This document shows, piece by piece, positions 1-12,000 of a DNA stretch of 64,000 bases (within the stretch, counting starts at the first letter, position 1; the number at the start of each line of letters is the position of its first letter). Origin of the DNA: Tubulanus polymorphus. Taxonomy: Eukaryota; Animalia; Nemertea. Both the position numbers and the translations under genes were made by a program. The DNA is taken from positions 9,819,950 to 9,883,949 of the forward strand of contig NC_134026.1 in assembly GCF_964204645.1 (NCBI RefSeq), read 5' to 3'. The notes beneath the pieces are model-generated. The model was not told where the DNA came from. It searched no databases and saw only the letters and a program-made list of their open reading frames with translations.

Positions 1-3000
1 ATTTGATCTCATTGCCGATGATTCAGGAAATACAACTTGCTTAACAGCTACTGTTGTTGAAACAACCTTCACTTCAACAACTAGAAAAGATGACATCAGT
101 GTTGTTAGTAGAACGCAAAAATAAATAAAGTTTTGAAGTATTAGGACATTGTTATGTATCATAAGTGTAGCCACCGACATGTACATGATTAAATTCATAT
201 ACTATCTATATACATCTATATACTGTTACACAATAAGTAAAATTATGTTGCCTCAATTTAACACAATACGTATATCACTCACAGTCAGCAATCTTGCGAC
301 TACTAGACTGCTAGCAGACGTAATGAGTAACGTTCAAAAGAATCTTCCTACAAATCATGCCTAATTTACTCACTTATATTCTGTTCCCTTGCCAAAATCA
401 CTGTGGGTTTGTCAGCTGTATTTGCGACTTCGATTGCAGACGTTTCGATGCCTTGAATGACGTTCGTGGCCACCATCCTTTTTTCTTCCTCCAACTGAAT
501 GTCTTTCCACGATTGAGCCTGTTTATCAGACAGTAAATTGTCACTCACTTTGACTATGGACTGAAATCATATGACAGAAAAAGCCTTTTAGTGAACATTA
601 AAAGTCATCATCAGCTATGTTATCTGGTCACTTGATTCTTCCATTTTCTATATTTGAGTTCCAATTTATATCTCCAATTCCCCAATTAACTATTAAGTGC
701 AAGTCGTCATTCGGATATAAGTCTTCAATCACGATTGGTAGAACACTATATCCGTGTTGACGCGATGAGGAGAGAATCCCACAATGATAATAAAAAGTCC
801 GAAAATGAAACTTCGAGATAGTAGTTTATTTCAACGTATCGACTATATCCTAATAGTCATCTTCAGGAATAATGAGATACTACAGAAATTATGAGATATA
901 TATACAATCCAGAGACAAAGAGACTAATTCAAGTAATCAGAGATGATACTAACTAAAGGAAAATGTACATTTTCCTTTAGTTTCATTTTCGGACTTTTTA
1001 TTATCATTGTGGGATTCTCTCCTCATCGCGTCAACACGGATATAGTGTTCTACCAATCGTGATCATGCTACCCACGGATCGAAATATCGTATTAAAATTC
1101 TTCTTCTTCACGTTCCCGTACCTCGTCGCTAGCTTCCGAAATTATGAGAAATGCTATATCAAATCCAGGACTGCCAAAAGTAAAGTCAAGTTCCTTCAGG
1201 AGTTTTATGCCGAAAAAGTGGTTCCGCGATCACTTTCTTGGATTTGGAAATACGACTCCAGCTCTGCATTTCCACCCGAAGCTAACAAGCAACTCAAATT
1301 CGCTATAGATCGTGCTAAGGAAGACTGTAACTATCAGTTCTACAAATTCTGTCAATCTCAAAATTATTTGAAGTCACACGTACCGGACCTATTCCTCTGG
1401 AAATCGCTCTCCACTATTGTTCAAGGCTCTGGAAAATATCATCAGCACAGAAAGTCCGTGGATCTTACCAACCAACTGAATAAACTCATTGATTCCAGCC
1501 CTTGGACTCGATTTAGCAACACCGAAAACATAGTAAATTTGTCTTCAACCACGTTATCTTCTACTCAGTGTCAACTTCTCGGCTACGGTTTGAATTTTTC
1601 TCTTCCTCATCAAGATAAACATGTTTTAGACTTTGTCACCCAATTGGAATATCGCAAATCATCTCGGAACAGTTTGGACTATAACTTTATATTCATGAAT
1701 CTACAGGCTATTTGCGATCAACTCAACAGGAACCTCTTTGAATATCTACCTCGTCGATTTCGGCTCGCCCTCCAAGAACTACGGAAGTTAAAGACTATTA
1801 AAATATCTAAGGCTGATAAAGGTGGCAAGATTGTGATTTTAGATCTGGATAATTATAATGTTAAAATGCAATCTCTCTTGGATAATCCTGGTGTTTATAA
1901 GAAACTTAAATCGAATCCTCTTCCTCGTATGCAAGCTAATTTCAACAGAAGTCTTTCGGATATTATTAAACGTTTCCCCTCCGCTAAAGAAACTCTGAAT
2001 AAGTTCCATTCACGTCTCCCCTCTTTACCATATATCTATGGATTGCCTAAAATTCATAAAGATAATGTTCCACTGCGCCCTATAGTCTCCAATTGTAATT
2101 CTCCTACATACCGGTTATCTAAATTTCTCGCGAAACAGTTATCTCCGGTGCTCGGTTCGTTCTCTCCGTCGCACCTTCGCCATAATCAACACTTACTTGA
2201 ACGTATTAAGAATATTATCCCTGGCAACGACAAATTTATATCATTTGATGTTACTTCCCTTTTTACCAATGTTCCTCTTGGACCTACTCTTGATTTCTTA
2301 AAACGCAGATTACCATCACTTAACATTAACTTCGGCATTCCTACGGATTGTATCATCGACCTTATCTCTATTTGTACGACGGACTCCTTTTTTGAATTCA
2401 ACAATTGTTTTTACGAACAGACATTCGGTATCGCTATGGGAAATCCTCTTAGTCCTATTCTAGCTAATTTATTCCTAGAACATGTTGAATCTGAAATATT
2501 GCCTCTTTACACTGATATTCACCCTAAAATCTGGCTCAGATATGTTGACGATGTTCTTGCTTTGGTTCCCTTTGACTTCAATGTTGATAACTTTCTTATA
2601 TATTTAAACTCCCTTTACCCGTCTCTGGCTTTTACGTATGAATGGGAATCTAATAGTAAAATACCTTTTCTGGATGTTTTGATTTTTAACTGTGGATCCT
2701 TTTTGAAATTCGCGGTTTATAGGAAACCTACCAACGCTGAATCCTACCTCCATTACTTCTCTTTTACTTCTCCGGATATTAAACTCGGTTTAGCTCAAGG
2801 ATTATTTCTTCGCGCTTTGAGAATTTGCGACCCCTCATTTCTACCCGATGAAATTCACCATATTAACCAATCTCTCAAAAAACTTGCCTACCCCGATTTC
2901 CTATTGAAAAAAGCTCTACTTAAAGCTCGTACTACGCATTTTAGAAATAACAACCTTAGAACTCCTACGTTGGCTACCGATAAACAGCCTATCATTGTAC

Positions 3001-6000
3001 CGTATGTACCTTTCCTCGAGAATTCTAAAGTTTCTCTTCGGTCACTAAATAAACAACTTATCTCTAAATACAATAATAAACTTAGTAACATATTGATTAA
3101 TAACAAACCGAAAACCGAATCCCTAAACTGTGGAATTTATAAAATACCTTGTAAAGTTTGCGACCAAGTATATATAGGAGAAACAGGTCGGAATCTTAAT
3201 CAACGCATAAAAGAGCATAAATTAGATGTAAAAAACTTTAAACCTGAAAGCGGAGTTGCTAGTCATGTTTTTCAGACTTCACACAATTTTGATTTTGCTA
3301 ATGCTGAATTAATTTACCCTTGCAGCGATAAAACTAGAAGACATATTTTGGAATCTGCATTAATTATTGAAAATTCGAACAACCTTGTAAACCTTAACAA
3401 TGGTTTTTCACCCCATAATAAACTTATATCAAAATTCCTCTGTAAACTGGTTAAACTCAACACTTGATTTCCCCTTTGATTATTTGTTATTTGTTCTCTC
3501 ATCAATTTCGTCTCTGACTTAACTTGTATTCACCTTTGTTTTAATTTAAGTGCCCCCTAGTTTGTCTTTCTTTTTACTACTGACTTTAAGTTTCATTTAT
3601 ATTCATACTCACTATTGTTGTTTATAATCACCCCTTAGTTTGCTTCCCTTTAATCTATTTTAGCGTGTAACTGTTTCTACGTTTCCTTTAGTTAGTATCA
3701 TCTCTGATTACTTGAATTAGTCTCTTTGTCTCTGGATTGTATATATATATCTCATAATTTCTGTAGTATCTCATTATTCCTGAAGATGACTATTAGGATA
3801 TAGTCGAAACGTTGAAATAAACTACTATCTCGAAGTTTCATTTTCGGACTTTTTATTATCATTGTGGGATTCTCTCCTCATAAGTCTTCAATACATTGAT
3901 GGTCCAGACTATACACATTTTATTCTCTAGTTTAAGCATCGTGTGAAATATGACATTGGAAATGCCAAGAAGAGCTCAAATATAGCAAAAATCACTGAGT
4001 GAATGCCGTAAAAAGCCACATGTACTAAGGGGTACATAAAAATTCAAAATCACGAATCCTTACAATATCATCAATACGATTTAGAAGACACGTGATATTT
4101 CACCTCAATTCATCATTGTTAATTCATCACTTTGAATTGATATTGATCGGGGAACTGTGGAAATGAGTTCTTTAAGTTTTTATTTTTACCTCACATTCAC
4201 CATAATCACTTTAAATTCTTAATTCTAATTTAGCGTTTATCTATCACTATGTATAACGATTATGAGTTAACAATATTAAGAAAGGTTTATCATGAAGGAG
4301 AAAATGACAAGCCTGAAAACGGGTTGTCGACAGTCGCCCGAACAAAGTTTAGACGGCAATGAATGAAATGGGATGAAACGATATTGAAATCGAAGTTAAG
4401 CAAGACTTTCAGAATAAAATGTTCCCTACGGTATTTCTTATCATTCTTTCAAATCTATTTTGGTTAGTCATATCAGAACTGTGTTAACGAGGTCCACCAG
4501 TACGCGGATCAAATCAATTTTATATGTGGATATGAAAACATCTTCGCGAGAAGGCCGTGTTATTTCTGTGAGCAATCGACGTTTTTAACCCAATGTTCGA
4601 TAATTATGTCTTTATTGTACCCTATCTAATCATCACTACCGGGTAGATGAAAAAGACAGCAAGTCTGCCCTTTCACAGTGCACGAGATTCCTATGCCATA
4701 CTGGTTTGAGGAAATGCCACCCGCTTTCCAAACCACATTGTTGTGTTTCGAGGAAAATTTATTAATTATCCCGGGATTAAAGTTGATCCGATCTGCATGG
4801 TGCATAGTTCAGGAAAAGCTAAACAAAGCTATAATACATTATGAGCAATCATTCCTGGCTTCATCACAAAAGCCCCAATTTAACAAATATTTTCGCTTTA
4901 TGAAGCCATTATGTACATACGCAACATTTTGCATGCCGACAGATCACTGACATTCAGTTATTTTGACAAACATGTTATTTGCCAATGTAATATCGAAAAG
5001 CATAACTTTCTGTCTATGCCTTGCCTAGAACACAGGGCAAATCCAGGAAGAAAGACACTCTAAATATTTGGATGGATATATGAAAGCTGTGGGTACTGGA
5101 GTGTGTAATGGGTAGTGAAGCGTGATCTGTGTGCATTTGTGGCCAGCACACGAATCACATTGTTGGTCCAGGACTCGCGAGATTTTCAACAACACGGAAG
5201 TAACGTGTAATAAATGATGACTTGAATTGCATGACTACCTACCACCCCTCATTATTGTTGGAAAACTAAATGTTCGGCACTGACTAAAAATTTGTAATAA
5301 CATTTTAGAAATGGCCAGAATTTTAACTTAGGTTCTATCTCATTTTTATTTTACAATTGCGATTGGTATAATTTTTTTTAAACGGCCGTTAAGGCTTCAT
5401 GTTTTGTCTGCAATTCACTGCAAATAGTTACGCAACTACGCACATTTCAGTGTTTTTTGCAGCTGTACACTCAATCGGCACCGTTCGTGACTAGCTTCAG
5501 TGCGGAATTATCATTAATTAACATCGCCATATCACATCATCAACTTATATTGTGCCTTTAAACCCTAAAAGCCGAAATAATTGAAATGCACACACGATTT
5601 CTATCATTGAAAATTGAGAGAGTGGCCATGTTTGTGTTTGCTGCTTCGCGTAATCCCGCGCGGTGGTGCAACCACGCGGAGTGGGGCCGATACGTCCAGA
5701 ATGTTTTCGAAGGGAAAACATAACTGCAAAGGAAAGAAACCTTAATTCCAGCAAAATAAGTACCAATTTCATGTACTCGGGTGCATTGTCAGAGCATTTT
5801 TCATCTTCCCAAAATAATTCTTAACTGATTCCTGCTAGCATGCACAGGTAGCCAGTGCGACTTTCATGTATTTTTAAGTGGACTTTTTATAACGGTCAAT
5901 TGTGAGCGCAGAGCTCTGAATGAAGGATCTAGTAGACCTCCATCACTAGCCGAGGTTTACACTACCACTATTTAAACTGGCCTAAAGTGACCCATACCTG

Positions 6001-9000
6001 GAACGGGCCAGAACGCTACAGATAGTTATCACTGGCCCCAAAATATATCGACTGACCTAGTATTTTACCCTGAATGAAATTTGTATCTTAATGATACGTT
6101 TTTGTGAATACCCAGCTGTTATTTACTATTTGATGTTTTACAACTACCTGGACAGCAAACTTTTCCAAATTCTAGGACATTTTTAAAACAATTAGAACTG
6201 ATACATCGTGTTTAGCAGGTATGTGCCTAAACAGTATTTAAGATAGGCCTATATGAATCTGCAATACATTAATTCTAGGCAATATAGAAATACTTAAAAT
6301 TGAAAACTAAATTAAATCAGCTTGATGATGATTTAGTGATCAGTTTATTTCAAAAGAATTCATACCGCAGAGATTTAAATTACAAGTTTCTGTCCACATA
6401 CAAAACTACTGGTCCATTCTAAATATTAGTACGGACTAGGTCTTAAATTAGGTCAGTTGGTCCTTTCTAAATTGGAACATTTTAGATGACAGTTTGAATG
6501 CTACGACCTTAGTTCAACTCTATTCCTCAGAGAAAATGCATGCAAAAACCTACCTCAGTTATTTCTTCAGCCACTTTTAATCTATTCGATCTTGATTCTA
6601 ATTTGTATGATGACTGTTCTTTTAAAACGTTCACCATATCTTTCAGGACTCGTGAAGTTGCAGCTAAATCACCGCCGGACATGTCCATTCGGTTTGTTTT
6701 ATTTCCTAATTCCTTGGCGATATTAGCCACAGGTTCGCCATTTTCAATCTACATATTAAAAGAGACCAAGTTAATTTCTACAGGACATTGGGGCATGTAA
6801 AATTTGGATTAGACATTTGCTGCAATTCGAGACTATGCAGTGGTTGACAACCGTGCCACGGTATATACCACATATGCAGGTATTCGCACAGTATCGCCAC
6901 ATAGTGAATCAGGCCTACAGCCAGGATTTTTCAAAGGCAAATTCTACACATGACACTAAACAGAAATTTCCTAGCATGCCCTTTGATCATCACACATTTG
7001 TGGCTTTTTCAACAAGACGTCACAGGCCTTTTCCTAAAATTTAAAAAAAAGGCAAGTGGAATAATTTATGGGTTCCTGTGAATCCCTCAAACCCCTTGGC
7101 AATCCAGGCCTACTGGGCAAGGTTCCTTCGGACTTCGTCATGGCTATAGGACAGGTATAGGATCAAAATGTAAATCGGCTCCTTCATGGCTGAGTGTTAA
7201 TATCAGTAGCATTCTTATGATAATATAATCAAAGATCATGAGAGCTGGTGTGAAGAATTCCATAGGTTGATTACGGAATCCACGTTGAAAGGAATATTTC
7301 ATGCGGAGGAATGTTATGATCTTGAATCTTCCGAGTGCCTCGAATATCTGAGTTTATCCTAGTCATCAGGTACCAGTGCTGGTTAAGAAAAATATTTCTT
7401 CGAGCACAGTAGGAAACATTCTATGGTCTTAATCACTGTAGACAAGTGCATAGGTCTAGTGAAAAGGCCCAGTTTCAATGTCCAGAGTTTGATGACATTT
7501 TAATAGGCTTAGATATTACAACTGGATTTAATAAATCAGATCAGTTATAACACAAGCCAGTCTAATCGAGGCTTGAACACACACAAGTTGATGCTCAGAA
7601 ATGGCTTAAACTTAAAACCGATCTTAGGCAATTTTGCTGCATTTAACATTTGAACAACTTAAGACTATTCTTTAGATTCAAGACAAAATTGTGACTGAAA
7701 TCTTAAATAGTCTTACAGGAACAAATAGATCTTAAAATGGGCTTCGTCTGGATTCTGCACAGTAATCTAACCTCCCCAACACATTAACGGTAGCATTCAT
7801 ATATTATCAAACTACATGTACACTTCTGGTATACATAAAAGCCATTACACCAAATGTAGTTCGGATTTCTTAACATTCAACGAAAAAGTTCTAAACTATA
7901 CAAAACCTGCTGAGAAAGAAACTCGCAAAAATGTTCAGTTAAAAAAAGTATTTTTTACCATTGAATTGATTTCTTTAACCCACTGTGAAGTACATTTACT
8001 CAAATCTGGATTCTCACTCCATTTTACCGGATGTTCTTTGCATGTATGATGTGCTTCCCCTGCAATTGATAAATGAAAATGCATGGAGTGCATAAATATT
8101 TTAAACATCTCCATATTCTTATATTCTCTTAACAATTTGACTACTACTGATATATGGTCAATTGATCACATAGTAGGCGAATTCCTAGATAAAACTACCA
8201 ATCGCTTTCATGTAATAGGATTCAAATTGAAGCTGTGAGCAAGGCCCAATTAAGTTAATGACTATGTTTCTATGAGCCATACATCTACTGGTATATACCT
8301 GTGAATCCAACAGGACAGTCATGTGCAGCAGTGTGTCCCGCTCTGGTCATCGGCCATGTGATACCACGCGCAGTAACTTCACGGCAGTATTGTGCGACGG
8401 GTTTTGGATTTACAGGTGTCGTTTTTGCAGTAGTTGTTCGAGATTCTGTAGTAGTGGTTGTTTGCGTAGATTTTGTAGTTGCAACAGTAGTAGATTCTAA
8501 AACCACAAAGGAAACATTTCAAATAATCAAATAGTGACTTCTGGTTTCAATCGTTAACTTTTCATGAAATGGCCTTCTGGGGGGAACTGCGTTTACAAAT
8601 ATAAAGCCGTTGAAGAGAAAATCAAATTGATCAGTGGAAATGAAATATGAACCATTTACATTAGTAAAATAATCCAAGGAAACTAAATGGAAAAAAAACT
8701 AAAATGGTAGTTCAGAGCTCCATGCTGAGTGCATCTGTCACCTTCAGTGACATGGTTACACTAATTATGACTCATGTAATAACGTGGAATTCCAAGCCTA
8801 CTATTTGTCACCGTGTCAATGAATTAAGCTAGACAGTGGTGCCATCTACGCAAATCTACACTTAAGGCAAAGCACTCTCTATATGAACAACCCACGCAAT
8901 ATTTCTTAATATCAACGAGACAACCATGTGGACTTTGTCAAACAAATTGATTTCGAGATATTTGATATACGATTGCCAGCATAAGAACTGCTTTAATCAC

Positions 9001-12000
9001 GTACTAACAATAATGACTGATTGGTATAATAGTGAAGCTGGCTGGTGATCACGTAGATATACATGTACAGGAAATTCTAATCAAGATGATTATAGCTCTC
9101 CCGCGCACATAAATAAACCACACCTACGAGCAACATGACACATTCCATTCTTTATCTAGGATGGTGCGCTGGTTAGAGCAGTTATCCACCGGTGCAACCC
9201 TCCAAATACATTATGTAGAGCCAATTACATAATGTGAAATTTAAACAAAATCTTAAATAACAAATTTACATCTTGAGAGTACATCAATTCATGTCCTTCA
9301 GCCCATCCCCTGTAATAATAGCTGCTACTTCTTTTTTACTTGTAACATTGCAATGTCGAAATGAAACATCGTCGATGGTAAACATGAATACCTAGCTAAG
9401 ATAGTAAAAGAAGTCGCCGAACACATATGAAACGAAAAAAAAGAATGTTTCAATTCAAGAAGAGAGTTGTACTCGATTGAGATATTAATGCCATATCTTT
9501 TGCATATCTATATGAAAGATAATGAATGAATATAGACAGGCGACTTATGATATACATATTGATGATCTTATGAAATTTTTCCTACAGTGTTACAGTAAAA
9601 CTCAGATGAATCTAGACCACCGCTATCAACTCCATATTGAAAATCTGATTTCAAAATGAAATGAAATTGGACTGTTGGACAAAATTCTTCACATTTTGCA
9701 GTCAAGACTTACATGGTTTACATTTATGTATATGTTTACTATCATACTGTATATACACCAGGAGAACTTTCTCCATAGGCAGCAATTAGTATCATTATAT
9801 TGACTCTGAAATCGGGTTAACACGGCATACTTACTTCATAAACAGCCAGTAAACTACGGGGACCGAGAAAAATGAACATAATTGCCGATGATTGGTCTAC
9901 AGGATGACGAAGACCCAGTGGTAGGCCGGTGTGTGCGCTTCCATTAGATGTTTTGTGATAACCTAAACTATGCGGCAACAACATCAGGGCAGAGTACCAA
10001 AAACAATATACAATATGGAGTTAGAGGGTATTAGTACTGGAATTCTTTTGATATGCACGATAATGATATACATATATAAATATGTATGTGGACTATGTGT
10101 ATATCAACATATAAAACCATTCAGACAAAATAAAAATAATATTCTGATATAATTATTTCATAATGTCTGTTTATGAGATCTGCTAAACAAAAACGTTTTT
10201 CAGTCCGCGTTGATTTAAAAGATATCATAGTCATTAGAAAAATATTTTGAATTGAAATTCGCTAGTAGACTAGTAGTAGACAACAAAATTGTAAGATGTT
10301 GCTTTAAATTTCTTTGCTATGGCTTTAAACCGAAAATAAAGTAGGTCATAAACATGCGAATGTGGCACTTGACACCGGGTGGTTTTGCTATGAAATATTA
10401 TGAGTTGTTTAAAAATCTATTATTTTACCTGTTGTTAAGATGAAGGTGATGACATAAACAAGATAAGCTATTTAGTTCAGTTAGAATAACCAAAACCCTA
10501 GAAGATGCTCAGTTATTAGTAGAGAATTTTTCAAGCATTAGTTCAGAGTCAAATAATCCAACTTTCAAGATTTCAAAGAGTCAGATTTGAATGTCAAGAG
10601 TCAAATTTGAATCTCACAATGACTGAGAGACTGAGGTCTTAAAATCCCTTTCACCAATTCAGATTTAAATCCGTATAAATCGTGTACAAACTCTTGGAGG
10701 TCGAACATTTCTTCGACCCAGTATTTACAGATTTGTCGGCAAGAATTAAAATTCCTTTTTAGCCCTAAATGCCTTCTTAAGAAAACAACTAAAGTACATT
10801 TTTCCATCAGATGTGAAACTATTGTTTAGTAGCGAAACATTCCTGGAAATCCGTCTGCAAGTATCCGGCACGCAAGCATTTATCATTATACAATTACAAT
10901 AATCAGAAGATCAAGACTTTGCATATAAATAGATGCCAATTGAAGAGGAATCAAAGGACTAATCGATTACGACATAAAACATAACAACAATAGAGCAAAA
11001 TTGCAAGCGACAAAAGGAGCGATATTTATATGCAGTTCTTATATATACAAGTTTTCAAAAACATGAGCATTTCAGTTTAGATAATTCAATGTTGAAACTT
11101 TGAAGATCACGGTCCAGTTTCTTGAAAAAGTTAAACCTTATGACGCTTGAGTTAGAATTGCTGCCTTCATTCAAAACTTGGAAGTAACCAATAGCTAACG
11201 ACAACAAAACCTAAAGCTCAACTTCGTCGTAAAACCGGGCCCAGATCACATTTTCATGCCAAAAACGTTAGATAAGATGGGTTGATGGTAGTTTTCGGAA
11301 GAAGCATTTCCACATAATTTTGATGTGGTCGATGAACATGCACAGTAGTAGACTCTGCCTTACTTGGTACCGGTCAACTCGGTAGATCGCTTGAGTTGGT
11401 GAACCTTACTAAAATAGTTTTAAGAAAAACCAACCCGATTCTCAACTCTGTGAAATATTCACAGTCCCATCACTACGATGTAAGGCAGAATTTACCATAT
11501 TAGCAACACAAAAAATGCAAAAGGTTAATAAACAGAAGCCGTGATCACTAAAGCAATTTTGGCCCGGGCCAATCATTCATGCTGGTGCCAAATGTTACTT
11601 GACTAGATATGTCAAACAAGGCCAGAGCCTAATCTAAGCAATTCTAGCAACACATTATTCCAAGAATTTGTTCGAGGAACTCATCACTTGCCACTGCATC
11701 GTTTTGATGGCAGTAACGAGTGAAAGTACTTTCTACAGATGAGCACAGGCCAAATTCGACTCGGTGTTTGATCAGGACCAAATCATCTACGTGGTATTGG
11801 CTAATGGCCGATTCAAGACAAGACACACCATGCAGGGCAAATGCATGATATTTTCTGACTAGAGGGACACACATATATCAGCATATTTCTTTTTAAGGTG
11901 ACAAGTTAAAAAAGAACAACATACTACAATAGACACAGATTTACATATATACCTGTAGTGAGTGCTACAGTGGTCGGAATTTCAGCTGAAATTAGAGCAA

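Larger units (their letters stand above)
730..3879 (+). mobile_element. Full-length Penelope-like retroelement (Penelope/Poseidon type) with inverted 5' pseudo-LTR, in latrophilin intron 6
   Basis: 13-bp TSD ataagtcttcaat at 717-729 and 3880-3892. 765-962 is the reverse complement of 3682-3881. 728-812 is the reverse complement of 979-1063. One intact RT-GIY-YIG ORF lies between. Confidence 0.95.

Noticed and set aside
2186-3505. Short antisense ORFs within the Penelope ORF, and similar shadows of real exons elsewhere
   Set aside because: Opposite-strand shadows of coding sequence with no independent evidence.
9830-9945. Strong minus-strand donor (GAA|gtaagt) suggesting an alternative latrophilin exon
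   Set aside because: In the phase 1 frame the next exon needs, it ends in TGA. The nearby ATG frames are short or out of phase, with no signal peptide.
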